Positions 26,613 to 39,844 of a stretch of 64,000 nt of DNA are shown one piece after another. A model generated the notes under the pieces. The model was not told the origin of the DNA and did no database searches. It saw nothing but the letters and a program-made list of their open reading frames with translations. This stretch comes from Tubulanus polymorphus (lineage: Eukaryota > Animalia > Nemertea): positions 2,690,175-2,754,174 of the forward strand of contig NC_134032.1 in the NCBI RefSeq assembly GCF_964204645.1, given 5' to 3'. Each line of letters starts with the position of its first letter. Position 1 is the stretch's first letter. A program made the translations under genes and the position numbers.

Positions 26613-28091
26613 TGTAGCGGAAATTCCTGTTAAATACTTTTAGAAAGTTGTTGTTATAATGTATAGTTTCCGTTTTTCCGCTGCGGAGGCCTCCTCATTT
26701 TTTTCAATTGTTACGTTTTTGGGCGATAATTAGCTCGACCCTTTCATTTTTCATTTTACATTCTGCGCCTCATTTTCTCTGCCTATATTGATATAATTAA
26801 TTTCAGCTTCTAATAGTCAAAACTTTAGGCTGATCACTTTTCACTCTCACCTTATTTTACTATATTAGATCCCGATATACTATTTTCATGGTCTTCAAAA
26901 CTTTTTAATCGAGGAACTTTTGCTCGGCGGCCATTTTTTTGTGCTGTGTGACGTCATCCTCCATGCACGGTGACGTCACACTGCGCGGAATCTATACAAA
27001 TGGGTCAGCGCGCGCAAACGTCACTCTCGTCTCAACCTACATAGATCAGGGGTAAACAATAACACGCGCCCTCCTGGCCTGAGGCAACCCAGGTCAGGCC
27101 GGGCTCTGACGTCAGTCTACTCGACGATTATCGATGTATATATTTTTAATCTATCGGGAACAGTCAACCAGGCGGCTTTTTCCTTCCTGATGAGACATGT
27201 GTCGTGAGATCTGATAACTTTTAATTTTATGCCATGGGCATTATATTGATTTAGTCTTCGTGGGCCTAAATTTAGCGACCACTAAGTTATTTACCTTGGA
27301 TTTTTTAAAGGGAGATCCTTGCATTAGCCTCTTTCATAGATAATAAATTATGAATTATTTAAACTAAATAGATTAGTGACTATATTATGGTTTTTGAGAC
27401 CATTTATTTAACCTTTTTGAATGAGGTGTACAATTTCAATTATTGTGATAAAAACATTACGTGCAATATGTAAATATGTATATAAATCATACATTAGTTA
27501 TTCGTTTTTAAAATAGTAATTATCTATATTATTCAATACAAGACTTATCACTATCATGGGGTGTGGCGTTTGGACGAAGTAGGATCCACTTTCTTGAGGC
27601 CAGGTCTCAAAATCTTATTCTTTATGAAGTGGCGAGTGTCAGGATGTCTTTAGACACATAGATGGGGGCAAGATACTAAAGCCAGGACGAGGAGATCGTA
27701 CAGGGAGGCACTCGATATGACGTTACACAGCGAGGACCTGAGCAAAAGATGCGCCGGAGCTCGGGTGACTGTAAGGTCCGACATCGAGTCAAGGGCCCCG
27801 ACTCGATAGACCTCATGGCGGACACCTGTCCTGTCTGGTCCGTGTAATTGGGTCAATAGTTAAGACTTACCTCTGACACTCGCCTCCTCCCCCCATATTA
27901 CTTTTATGAACGCTACTTTCTGTCTCTGAGGCTGTCCATCCCTTCGGCGGAAACTTTCCGTGGATTTCTCTTTGTAATTCCACTCCCCGAGACTGCAGGA
28001 CCAAGGCGGACCCTGAAGCCACGCTTATTGAGGAGACCAGACGGTCACGACACCTATCGGTCGCGACCAGAGGATGACACTACCGGCTACA
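26613..28091 (+). repeat. 3' LTR of the Gypsy element (~1.48 kb)
   Basis: Follows a poly-G PPT (~26593-26610); begins TGTAGC(GG) and ends (CCG)GCTACA; unrelated AT-rich pPolB sequence starts directly after. Confidence 0.85.
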
Positions 28092-28188
28092 ATAGCATTT
28101 ATCTAATTTTTCAGCTGTTTTGAAATAATATGTTGTGAATGAGAATTAATATTATATATTGGTTTATCTTCAGATTTTGAAAATTTAA

Positions 28189-30976
28189 GGTATTGGTATA
28201 CTAGAATTTTTGGGAAAATCTTAAATTTTTCAGTTTTTGTATTTCTACATTTATTGCACACTATAAGTGAGTAGAATAACCTCTACAATTTCCATAGTGG
28301 TCAGATTATGGTAAAGGCATGTTTTGGGGGTCAAACTAGACCCCTCCAATCTCAAAGCCCTTAGCAACAGCCCTTGGCAACGTGTTCGAAGTTATTTTTA
28401 GTGGTGTTAAACCGATACAATTAATAACCGTGCAGTGCTGCCATCTAGTTTAGATTCACAATAAACTTTATAACCCAAAACATTGATCTCAAGGTCGTTG
28501 GTTTTCATATTTTGAACGAATATAAAATACATGAAATTTTTCAGAATTTTGACTTCATAGACTTTTATAGCATATTCTGCTTTCGTTCTCGGGAACTCGT
28601 GCTTTATTGGACTTTCAACTGGTAAAATAACTAACTGTGAACACTTACGTAACAATGGGGAAAGGTAGAAACACTCAAAGAAGAAAAAAACAGTTTCTGG
28701 TAATCAATTCAGCCCACCCCCAGCCCCGAAAAAGCCAGTCATTGAGGGTGATGCATTAAAATCAGCCTCAGGACGAAAATTTGGACAACTTCTGAACAAT
28801 TTGACAGCACAGGAGCTACCTGCAGATACAGATAAACTACAGGAAGGCTACTTGCTAATGGATTTATCGATTTTAACTGGGGTATTCAGTGATTTAGTGA
28901 AGTGTCCGGAGTGTGCCGCTTCAGTGACAGCATCTGCGGACCTACCCAAAAAGGCCGGCATGGCACATTGTATAGTATTACAATGTGAAAATTGTGCGTG
29001 GGAACATTCATTTTATACCTCCAAGTTGATTGAAAGAACTGGTAGTGGCACACCTTTCTATGAAGTCAACATTCGAACTGTACATGCCTTCCGCGGCATC
29101 GGACAAGGACACGCGTCCATCGAAAAAATTTTGCCTGTTCGCAAACATGCCTCCGCCAATGAACAAAGCTGCATATACAAATGTGATGTATAGAATTAAT
29201 AAAAGCTATAAAACAGAGGCTGATATAAGCTGTGCTAGGGCAGCTGCTGGTGTTAGGTCCCTGGAAACAGGATTGGCGCAACCGGATGATGAACCTGTAG
29301 AAACGAGTGTTAGCGTCGACGGATCATGGCAAAAGCGGGGACACAGTTCTCATAATGGACTGGTTAGTGTCTTATCTACCAAAAACTTTAAAGTGTTGGA
29401 TGATGATACATTGTCAAATCATTGCAGCAAATGTAAACAAATGGAAAAAAAGAAAGACACTCCAAAATATTTCCGATGGAAAGCGAAACACAATTGTCCA
29501 CTTAATCATAGTGGAACCGCAAATGCCATGGAACCGGTCGGTGCGAAAAAAATATTTAATCGTTCTTTAGATAAGTATTATCTGCTATATACTAGTTATT
29601 TATGAGATGGTGATAGCAGTTCATTCAAAGTTGTGAAAGCTGCTAAAGTTTATGGGAGTAAGGAGATTAAAAAACTAGAGTGTATAGGTCACGTGCAGAA
29701 ACGGATTGGAACGGGCTTACGCGCCTTAGTGAAAAAGCACAAAATAGGTGGCAAAGGCAAACTGACAAAAAAATGTATCGACAAACTGCAAAACTATTAT
29801 GGTATGGCAATTAGAGAGAACTGTGGTAACATAAAAGACATGCAAAATGCAATATGGGCGGGACTATATCACGTTGCTTCTAATGATACACGGCCTCAGC
29901 ATCATAAGTGCCCAAAAGGTGCTGACAGTTGGTGTGGTTTTAATTCAAACAGTGATAAGTTCAGACATAGTTCTGGTTTATCAGATGATATAGTTCTAAT
30001 AGTTAAGCCATTGTATGAACGACTTGCGGAGGAGGACCTATTAAAAAAGTGTTTGCACGGCGGCACTCAAAATTGTAACGAAAATTTCAATGGAGTAGTT
30101 TGGGACTTGTGTCCCAAAAGCGTCCATGCTGGACGATTTACAGTTGAACTAGCTGTGTCCATGGCCATTTGCCAGTTTAATGATGGCTTACATTCGTCCC
30201 TCAAGTTTCTATGAAAGTATGAATATACAACCTGGCCGATTTACCGTTAAGAGTTCTATTGATCGAGATGTTCGGCGTGTTTTAATATCGATGCAACAAG
30301 GCTCAAAGACCATAAAAACCAAAAGAAAAAAGCTGAGAGCTACAAGAAAGGGTTACCAGGATTCAAATGAACAGTAAGAAGGAGAAACCTACCAAAGTGG
30401 TGCATTTTAAGTGAAGAAGGTATAAATTCCTTAAGAATTTCTTAAAAATCGGTGTTTTCTCGGAAACATGATTTTTGGCTGACACACATTAGCAAAAACA
30501 TGATTATGAAAAAAGTATTTGAGGTAGAGTCTTGAAATTTGGAATACTTGTTATTTATACGTATTGCTAGTGCGTGTGCCTTGGAAAAGTTAATATCTAC
30601 ATCAGGCTAGGTTAGGTTCTTCTATGAATATATAATTAGGTCAAAAATTCCTGAGAAAGTAGTTTCAACTTCGAAATTATTTTCTGACAAAATTAATTGA
30701 TGTTAACCCTAGTTGAAGGCACATGCACTAGTCATGAGAGTTATGAATCAAATGCTGAGAGAATTGTGTCAATATATCAATTGGTTTATACTTTAGAGTG
30801 TTTTTGGTAAACCCCTCAAATTGCGCGTAAAAATCCACCTAATTAGCATAAATTAGCATAAATTAAGAAAATTAATTTTTGAATGTGTAACATTTTCTAT
30901 AGAGGTCACACTACCATAGGTATAATATTTGTAACTTGCTATTTCAAAAATTCAGAAATTCTACTATACTTATACC
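28189..30976 (+). mobile_element. Kolobok-type DNA transposon
   Basis: TTAA TSD (28185-28188, 30977-30980); imperfect 21-bp TIR ggtattggtatactagaattt / aaattctactatacttatacc; GG...CC termini. Confidence 0.85.
28655..30410 (+). pseudogene. Kolobok/Mutator-like DDE transposase with frameshifts and stops
   Basis: CPEC..CENC; SVDGSWQKRGHSSHNG; (G)DGDSSSF with TGA at 29603; KLECIGHVQKR; TQNCNENFN. Confidence 0.85.
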
Positions 30977-31961
30977 TTAACTTCAGCGGATATACTAATT
31001 TTAGGATATTCAACATCTGTAATTATTTTTATAATATTTTTCATATTTTCAAAATGTTTTTTATTTTCTTCTAATGTTTTGCCTTCATAAAATTTAAAGT
31101 CAATTGCAGCTGGTCCAATATCACTTTTGAATGCTTCAATTATATCTATTTCTTTTTAAATTATCTAATGATTTTATATAATTTTTAACATCTTCCATGT
31201 ATGGCCTTTTATTGCTTATTTCATTTTTTAATCTTTTATCTTCTGTTTCTTATCATTATCTTTATCAAAATAATCTTCACCTAAAATATCATTATTCATA
31301 TTTCTAATATGACTTTTAGATTTTAAATGTTCTTCATAATATCTTTTGTTGCTGAATGATTGATTACATGTATCACATTAATATATTTCTTTAATTCTTC
31401 CAATTTAGTTTCTAATATATCATCTTTATATTCTAACTTTAATTTATTCGCTAAATGTGTTTTAGTTTGATTATGTTTTGCTTTTTGGGATTCATCTCTA
31501 TTAATTTTACATGTCGGGCAGTAGTACTTATTTGCTTCCATTTTAATATCAAATTTTTTATTAAAATTGATTTTATATTATTCGAAATCTATATCATGAT
31601 GCCTTTTTTCATTCTTACCTTTGTATATGAAATAGAAATCACCAGAACAATCTATGAAATCTATCCGGTAAATATGTTCTGAATTTATATTTATTTCCTT
31701 TTAATCCTTTATATTCTAAGCGAATTATTAATTTATCTCCATATCTATTAGTAACTGTTTCAATATTAGTAATTAAATATTTCTTATGAATTGTTAATTC
31801 ATTTTACTTCTTTAATCTACAGATTTGACATTTGTAGTATCTTTAATTCTATTTAAGAATTCACCGTGTATTTGTTTACTTTCCATTTTAATAACATATT
31901 TTTTTTATTAAAATTGATTTTAGAAGTTTTTCATTTATATATGTTATTCATTTATATGCTA

Positions 31962-32198
<237 letters not shown>

Positions 32199-32211
32199 TA
32201 ATATAGAGTAA

Positions 32212-32760
32212 TTGGGAATGTGTTTGTTCAGGTTAAAGGTGCGTGTTCTTGCACATCATAGTATCCTATTTGTGTTTGGAAGAGTAGATTCCAAGACGCT
32301 AGTCATGGAACTTGTTGCCGATAATAAGTGTGATTTAGCTCATTGCTTGGATAACAATACTTGGGATATGAGCCATTGGGTAGACATTTCATCTCAGTTA
32401 TCTGATGCTCCTAACTACATTCATTCCCATGGCATTCTACACAATGACTTATATGAAGGCAATGTTTTAGTGAGCAGCAGTAGAATATGCAATGTTTTTG
32501 ACTTCGGAAAGGCGACACTTGTTAATACGTCAGGCAGTACTCATTGTCTGAGGATGACAAACAGAGATACCGACTTCATCATCCCCAGATAGCACATGAG
32601 ATTTTAAATGGGGCCCCCAGAGCATTCATTCAGATGTCTTCTCGCTGGGACGGATAAAGATGATTTGCCACTTCCCTCCGAATCCACCAATTGTATTATA
32701 TAAGCCGGGAATGTCGTGGACCCTTACCAGCAAAACGGCCATGCGCTGGGGTGGTTACTG
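32212..32760 (+). pseudogene. Degenerate protein kinase fragment
   Basis: IHSHGILHNDLYEGNVLV (catalytic-loop-like), DFGKA, and SDVFSLG further on in another frame. Confidence 0.65.
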
Positions 32761-33429
32761 CATCTATTAATAGAACCATTGTATATAAGAATATGTGATT
32801 GGGCGAGGATATCATCTGAAAATTTGTCAGCATGCATTGTATTCTAATAAGAAATTAAGTACAAGTAGTGTTTAACTCAAACCATAGTGAAAGGGCATTA
32901 ATTTGTAATTTAGCTTAAATTCATTGGAATTTGAGTCAACTGTGCCTGTCTAAAGCCTGGCACACATGGGGCAATTTTAGTTGCTGTGATCGTTACTGCA
33001 AGCAATTTTCGAGCAATCAATCGCTAGACGTTTCCTGTGTGCTATGACTGGAGAAGGAGAGGCGATTATCTATATCTTATGACTTGTCAAATTTGCCGCA
33101 TTAACTGCCGTGAAAGTTGTCGATTTTTAGAAGTATCACATGATAAATGTTCGCTCACCCATTAGCTAGTTGATTTGTCGCTTGGCGATTCCAGCTACCG
33201 CACACACAGCAACTCCAAACGATCAATGACCAATTTCTAACTATCAAGCAATTTCTTTCAACAATTTCCGCAGATGAGCAACCCTTCGTTGCTAATGTTG
33301 TCAATGATGCGGATCTAAGAAGCATAGACTGGAAGAAGATCTTCAGATACAGCAAAATTCAGATAATTTGGGACCAACAAATCTCATCCGGAAATCTGGA
33401 TTAGAAGTCATTTTCTGGTATATTAATTA

Positions 33430-33930
33430 GACTAGGGGTCCAGGGACACCATGCCCACTTGGGAAGTGGTTCCAAATGCTCAACAATCTAACAATTTCAA
33501 TATTCAACACCCCCTGGTGACCATATACAAAAACCAACGACCTTAAAACTCACCACAATCATAGAACATGTCAGCAGCTACGATTTTGTAATTGATTGTG
33601 ATAACAAAATATGCCTCGTTACCAATTTAATATGGAAATACTAAGTTATTCTACTATTCAACACCCCCTGGTGACCATATTCAAATCCCAATGACCTCGA
33701 AACTCACCACAATCATAGAACATGTCATGAACTACAACTTTGCAATTGATCATGGTAACAAAATATGCCTAGGTACCAATATAATAAGGAAATACTAAGT
33801 TATTCTATTACTCAACGCCCCCTAGTGACCATATAGAACAACTAATGTCCTTAAAACTCGCAAAAATCATAGATGATGTCATGAGCTGCAACTTTCCAAT
33901 TGATTGTGGTAGCAAAATACGCTGAGGTAT
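33430..33930 (-). repeat. Helitron-like element 3' end with three 154-bp units
   Basis: 'cccct(g/a)gtgacc' at 33511, 33665 and 33819 (154-bp spacing); terminus 'actaggggtccag' is the reverse complement of 55124-55137. Confidence 0.75.
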
Positions 33931-33998
33931 CATAGGTTATAGGCGAATATAATAACGCCATTATATAATCCAGTTATTATCCACTTATTATCACTCAT

Positions 33999-34355
33999 TT
34001 ATTTATCAAAAAAATTACTATCATCAAAATATTTAGTTATCTTAGTGATGATTAAATCAACATTTATTTCATTACTAGTTTCATTTGTATATATTTCAAT
34101 TATTATTTTTTTAATATCATCGATGATAAAATCTTCATCTAATTCATAAAATCTTAAAGATTCTCTAATTAAATTAGTAATCTTTTCTACATTTAAAGTT
34201 TCTTTATCTATTGTTGTTTCATACTCAAATGTTGTTTCATTAGAAAATGTAATATTTTTGATATGTGTAATTACATCATTAACGTTAAATTTCATTTCTT
34301 TCTCACGTTTAAAATCAAATCCAAAACATATGCTCGGCCCAACAGTTATATTCAT
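33999..34355 (-). CDS. Hypothetical acidic 118-aa protein of the Polinton-like element
   Basis: Intact ORF 17 nt downstream of the penton-like gene; TAAATG start context. Confidence 0.6.
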   Translation of the reverse strand: MNITVGPSICFGFDFKREKEMKFNVNDVITHIKNITFSNETTFEYETTIDKETLNVEKITNLIRESLRFYELDEDFIIDDIKKIIIEIYTNETSNEINVDLIITKITKYFDDSNFFDK

Positions 34356-34372
34356 TTATATAGTGAAAAAAA

Positions 34373-35134
34373 TTACTCTCTACATCTTATAACTAATTCA
34401 TATATCACAGGAAAGTTATTCAAATCAATTAAATACCCATTATGATTTCTTATTTCTAATTTGAAATTATTAAATTTAGGAATGCAAGGTTTAAAATCAC
34501 ATTCAGCTAAATTATGATTTATTTGAGTTCCAAATTGTTTAACATTTTTTAGCGGTAAAATATTTAGTATACTAGCACTACAAATTGTTTCTTTAGTTGC
34601 TTCGAAAGTTTTTGTAGGATCAATTAAATTGCAATAAATATAAAAGTGTGTAAAAGGTATTATTATATTTGAATTACCATCTACGTTTCCTGTTACGGTA
34701 TCTGGTGCAATTCCTAACAGTTTAGCTATAGGTTTTTTTACCATAAATGCATGTTGACTTTCATCATATACCTTTATTTTAATTTTATTTGTGCTATCAC
34801 TTTTTATAAATCTAATTAAAAATTTATCTTCTCTTCTAATTTTCAACCGTGCTCTTCTATTAATTTCTTGAGCTAATGTTTCTAAATTATATAATCCTTG
34901 TTTTAAAATTATATGAAACCATTTATTTACATTTCCAATATAAATTAAAAAAGTATTATCTTCAATAGTTTTATCCGTTATATTATAAAACGAATTACAT
35001 AAACTTATATTAACTAATTTTAAATCTACACAATTCTTAAATTCTCTATCTAATTGTACTAGTAAATTATGTGATTTATAATTTGTAAGTCTTCTAGAAT
35101 CTACAAATATTCTGTATTCTTTTAATTCCACCAT
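34373..35134 (-). CDS. Penton/minor capsid-like protein (Polinton-like virus type), 253 aa, intact
   Basis: Pattern IFVDSR..L...F.N..L...S..N.FYNIT..G.Y.L..L...IN..LLG...YIYCNL...IL..LP...F.LEIR...G.LIDLN..P...EL resembles single-jelly-roll minor capsid proteins. Confidence 0.65.
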   Translation of the reverse strand: MVELKEYRIFVDSRRLTNYKSHNLLVQLDREFKNCVDLKLVNISLCNSFYNITDKTIEDNTFLIYIGNVNKWFHIILKQGLYNLETLAQEINRRARLKIRREDKFLIRFIKSDSTNKIKIKVYDESQHAFMVKKPIAKLLGIAPDTVTGNVDGNSNIIIPFTHFYIYCNLIDPTKTFEATKETICSASILNILPLKNVKQFGTQINHNLAECDFKPCIPKFNNFKLEIRNHNGYLIDLNNFPVIYELVIRCRE

Positions 35135-35148
35135 TTATTTTACATATT

Positions 35149-35502
35149 TTATTCGAAATCTATTTCATGGTGACCTTATTCATTCTTACCTTTGTATACG
35201 AAATAGAAATCACCAGAACATAATTCTTCTAAATCTTCACTTGATAATCTATGAAATCTATCTGGTAAATATGTTCTGAATTTATGTGTATTTCCTTTTA
35301 ATCCTTCATATTCTAAGTGTCTAACTAATTTATCTCCATATTTGTTAGTAACTGTATCAATATTTGTAATTAGATATTTCTTATGGATTATTAATTCTGT
35401 TAACTATTTGAATTTATAATCTACTGATTTTACATTTGTGATATCTTTTATTCTATCTAGAAATAATTTGTTGTTCTCACTGTGTGTTTGCTTACTCTCC
35501 AT
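35149..35502 (-). pseudogene. Small SSB/OB-fold-like protein (117 codons, 2 in-frame stops)
   Basis: Manual translation MESKQ...FK*LTELIIHKKYLIT..VTNKYGDKLV..L...FRTYLPDRF...FYFVYKGKNE*GHHEIDFE; homolog at 31578-31886. The fold assignment is inference. Confidence 0.55.
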
Positions 35503-35531
35503 TTATAATACATATTTTTATTAAAATTTGA

Positions 35532-38500
35532 TTAACACGTTAGAATTCTTTTCATTATCTCGTTCTCTTTTGTTTCTTCTCTTTTAAATTTTAAGTATTC
35601 ATCTAAATTACAACCAAAAGCAACTGTATGAATTCCATCATCTAAAATATATCTTTTATCATCAAATGGATTCAAACTAACCTTTTCAATTTCTTCAATA
35701 AATATTTCATGATCGTCAGATCTTAAACATCTCATCTTATGTTTTCTAACTTCTTCATTGAATATACAATTGATGTAATCTTTGAAATGAATATTCTTTT
35801 CTACTACACTTTTGGTTATTCCTTTTAACTTTTTAGCTTCATGTTCTTTAGTTTTATATGAATACATTTTAGATCTAATACCGATGAATTCAATCATTTC
35901 TTCACCACCTAATTCATCTTTGAATTTACCGGGAACTTTTTTATTATCATTGCTAAACAATTCATGATCTTTGGGATAATTACTAAAATCAAAATGATGT
36001 TTTAATGTTTTTAAATCATCTGTTATGTTATCAGTTTTTATCTTTAATATGTAACTGTCGGTATCAAAATATAGTATTTCTATATGTTTTTCTCCAAAAA
36101 GTGGTTGTAATACATATATAGTATTTCTATATGTTTTTCTCCAAAAAGTGGTTGTAATACATTATAATAGAATTCATACATTAGTAATTTTGATAATTCT
36201 AAAACTGAAGCGCCAACATAGATTGGTTTATTAAATTTCATTGATGTTCTTCTCATCTTAACTGCAGCTAAATTTTCATCAAATATTCTGTTACCAATGA
36301 ACTTAGGATATGTTTGTAATTGTCTAATTCTTTTACCATTACTAACTAACTCAATATCATTTCTATTTCTAATATTTTCACAAGTCTTACCATAGAATGC
36401 ATTATTCATTAACTTGAAGAAATCTTTCTCGAAATCAGTTTTAGCTTCAGTTCTCTGTTTGGTGTTAAAATCTATATATTTTTCTAACCACTTAGATTGA
36501 CTAAATGAAATATATCTATGTACTTTTTTTAGGATCATTCCTTGTTTTAGATAAAACTTTAACATTCTATAATGTACTACATAATTATATTTATCTTCTT
36601 GAGTTACCATTAACTTTTCTGTATGAATATGATTTTCGGGTTTAATTCTTTTTTGATAATTTGATAATTCTTCATGAGTTACAGTTTTATGTTCGGGACA
36701 GTAAGCTAGATTTCTAGATTTAAATTTAATATGTTCAGGATATTCTAAATCTACAACAAAGAAGTAACCAGTATCTGAATCATCTGCAATATCTAGAATT
36801 CTTTTCTTCCAATCAAATTTATCATTATTTTCATTCTGTAAAACTTCACTTATTTCAAATACTCCATAAGGTTGTGGTTCCATCATTGCCCAACCATACA
36901 AATCATTTGCATCTATATATAATAACTTATATCCAGGGTTATCATTTACATTGAAATATCTATGCCCTAATACACCTGAAACTCCTCCTCTTATAGATTT
37001 TTCAAATAATAGTAATTGATCTATATTTGTTAACAAATCCATTTTTATATCTGTAAATTTTAATCCACAATCCCATGTTAAACCTGGGCTAGAATAACAA
37101 TGACATGGATCAATGTTAAAATATTTTAGGTTTACATCTCTAAACCTTTCGAATATATCGGTTAATTATAATACATCTGATTTTAGATATAAATCTACTA
37201 ATTGTCCATGATTTTCTATTTTGAAATGATTCCAAATATTCAATGTTCTATTATAGACTTCATCTTTAACATATTCATTTCTTAATTCATCATAGAATTG
37301 TTCTTTCAATAATTCAGTAATGTTAAAATCATTATGATTTTTATAGAAAGAATATGGAATTGCGCCTTTATATCTCATTGATTGAAAATCATCATTATTT
37401 GGGTAATGTTGCTTTAATATTTTTAATTCATCATCAACTAATGATTTTGATAAGTTATCTAATGAACTATTTAAAAATCTATATGAATCTATAAATCTTA
37501 GGCAACCAAATTGGAATGATATATAATTCTCAGATGTTTTAGCTAACATTCTAAATTTATAAGTTGGTATTTTATCTTTTGATCTATTTGAATTAAATCT
37601 TTCTATTTCATTATTGATTTCTTCTATTTTATGGCATAACTGTTTGATGAATAAATGTGCATCATATCCTGATAGATTATGAAATATAACTGGTACAAAA
37701 TAAATTTTCTTAGCTTGTAAGTTACAATTCTCATGTGCAGCGCCTCTAAACTTTCCATTCAAATAATCATGGTCTCTTACTTTTTTATCTTTATAATTAA
37801 ATATCTTTTCACAATAATAACATTTATCTGCAAACGCAAATTCTTCTTTATCTTCTTCTGTCATTATAATTTCTATATTTGTATTCAATAATTTACTAAA
37901 TCTTATTTCATATTCAATTAATAAGTCACAAAAATGATTGATAACATTTTCATTTCTATAATCATAATATTCACTTTCAATTAGTTCTGGATAATCAGAT
38001 TTAATATATAACCCGAAAGCTGCAGCTGATTGATGAATCTTTTTAATAGTATTTGTTTTTGGCGGTTCATCTGAAAAATCATTTTCATTAGAATTTAATT
38101 TCTTTCTTTTATAATATATTTCTTTTCTATCTTGATCAGTTAATTCTTTATTTAATGATTCAAAATCTCCATATATAACAAATGGAACTTTATTTTTGTA
38201 ATCATATTTTTTGAATTCTAATATTTTATCCTTTTCATTTGGTAAAACTAATTTACAATAATCACGATTTTCACATAATTGTTTATGATTTAATAATGTA
38301 CTTTCATTACTGAATTTATGTAAACATTTTCTACATAGATATATTTTATTATGGTGATCACTTTCTGTTCTAAAGAATAAATCTATTTGTTTAATCCACA
38401 TATAATGATTCTCATAATATAGTATATCTATAACATCATTTGAATCATAATCTTTTGATAGATATAAAGGTTCTAATGTATAATGTTTTATGTTGTTACC

Positions 38501-39608
38501 TTTTGTATTTGGTAATTTGATTAAATCAAATACATTTATCTTTATATTATTATCTCTTTCTATCTTTGGGATGTTTTTTATTATAACAGGATACTTATCT
38601 ATCTTATAATTATTTTCAAATGGTTTATAATTTGTTAATCTAAAACTATGTGTAATATCTTCTGTTGGATGTAAACAACTTATTATAGCCCATAGAAAAC
38701 ATTTATCATCTTCATTTTGTACATTTATTACAGCATTAGTTTTAAATGGTAATTTGATATAACTTGATCCATTTATACTATCATCTTTATAATATGATAC
38801 ATTATTTTCATCTATTGGTTTCGATTTAGTTATCTTATTATATTTTGTGTTATAAACATGTAAAGTCATAAATATTATCTCATCAAATATTAACCAGACC
38901 CTTCTCTTCTATTTTAGTTTTTACTTCATTATAACATTTATCTAATTTATCATCTATATGTTGTTTAGATATAATATGTTGTGGATGAGAATTTAGATTA
39001 TATATTGGTTTATCTTCAGATTTTATAAATTTAACTTTAGAAGATATACTAATTTTAGGGTATTCAACATCAGTTATTATTTTTATTATTTCTTTCATAT
39101 TTTCTAAATGTTTTTCATTTTCTTCTAATGTTTTTCCTTCATGAAATTTAAACTCGATAGCTGCTGGGCCAATATCACTTTTAAATGCTTCGGTTATCTC
39201 TATATCTTTTTTATTATCTAGTGAATCAATATAATTTCTTACATCTTCCATGTATGGTCTTTTATTGTTTAATTTATTTTTTATGCTTTTAATTGTCTTC
39301 TGTTTCTTATCATTATCTTTATCAAAATAATCTTCACCAAAAATATCATTTTTCTTATTTCTAATATGACTTTTAGATTTTAAATGTTCATTATAATATC
39401 TTTTATCACTGAATGATTGATTACATGTATCACATTTATATGTTTCTTTTTCATTCCTTAATTCATCTAATTTAGTTTCTAATATATCATCTTCATATTC
39501 TAGTTTCAATTTATTCTCTAAATGTGTTTTAGTTTTATTGTGTCTTGATTTTTGGGATTTATCTATATTGATATTACATGTTGGGCAGTAGTACTTATTT
39601 GCTTCCAT
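35532..39608 (-). pseudogene. polB: Protein-primed family B DNA polymerase (Polinton/adintovirus type) with N-terminal zinc fingers and an endonuclease VII-like insert
   Basis: ExoI IYGDFES, ExoII FHNLSGYD, ExoIII LYLKSDV; motif A YIDANDLYGWAM, motif B KLMNNAFYGK, motif C YFDTDS (~36053-36075); C..C..VRDHD..G.FRGAAH..CN. Broken by a frameshift ~38880, TAA at 37166 and a 47-bp duplication at 36070-36163. Confidence 0.93.
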
Positions 39609-39844
39609 TTTAATATCAAATTTTTTTTTTAAATTGATTTTAGAAGTTCAATGATTTATATCATGTATTATTTCAATCACACTTTACTAACACTTTTAAT
39701 GTTTAAAAATCTAACTCATACAAATATAAATATTGAAATAATGTTGTAAATATATCTATATATCTATTCTATAAGAGCTCGTTAATTACTCGTTACTTAT
39801 ATATGTTATTCATTTATATTTTATTCATATATATGAATATTTTA

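Noticed and set aside
33938-33965. Small stem-loop at the left end of the Polinton-like element as a rolling-circle origin
   Set aside because: Only a 4-bp GC stem, no convincing nonanucleotide and no HUH Rep gene
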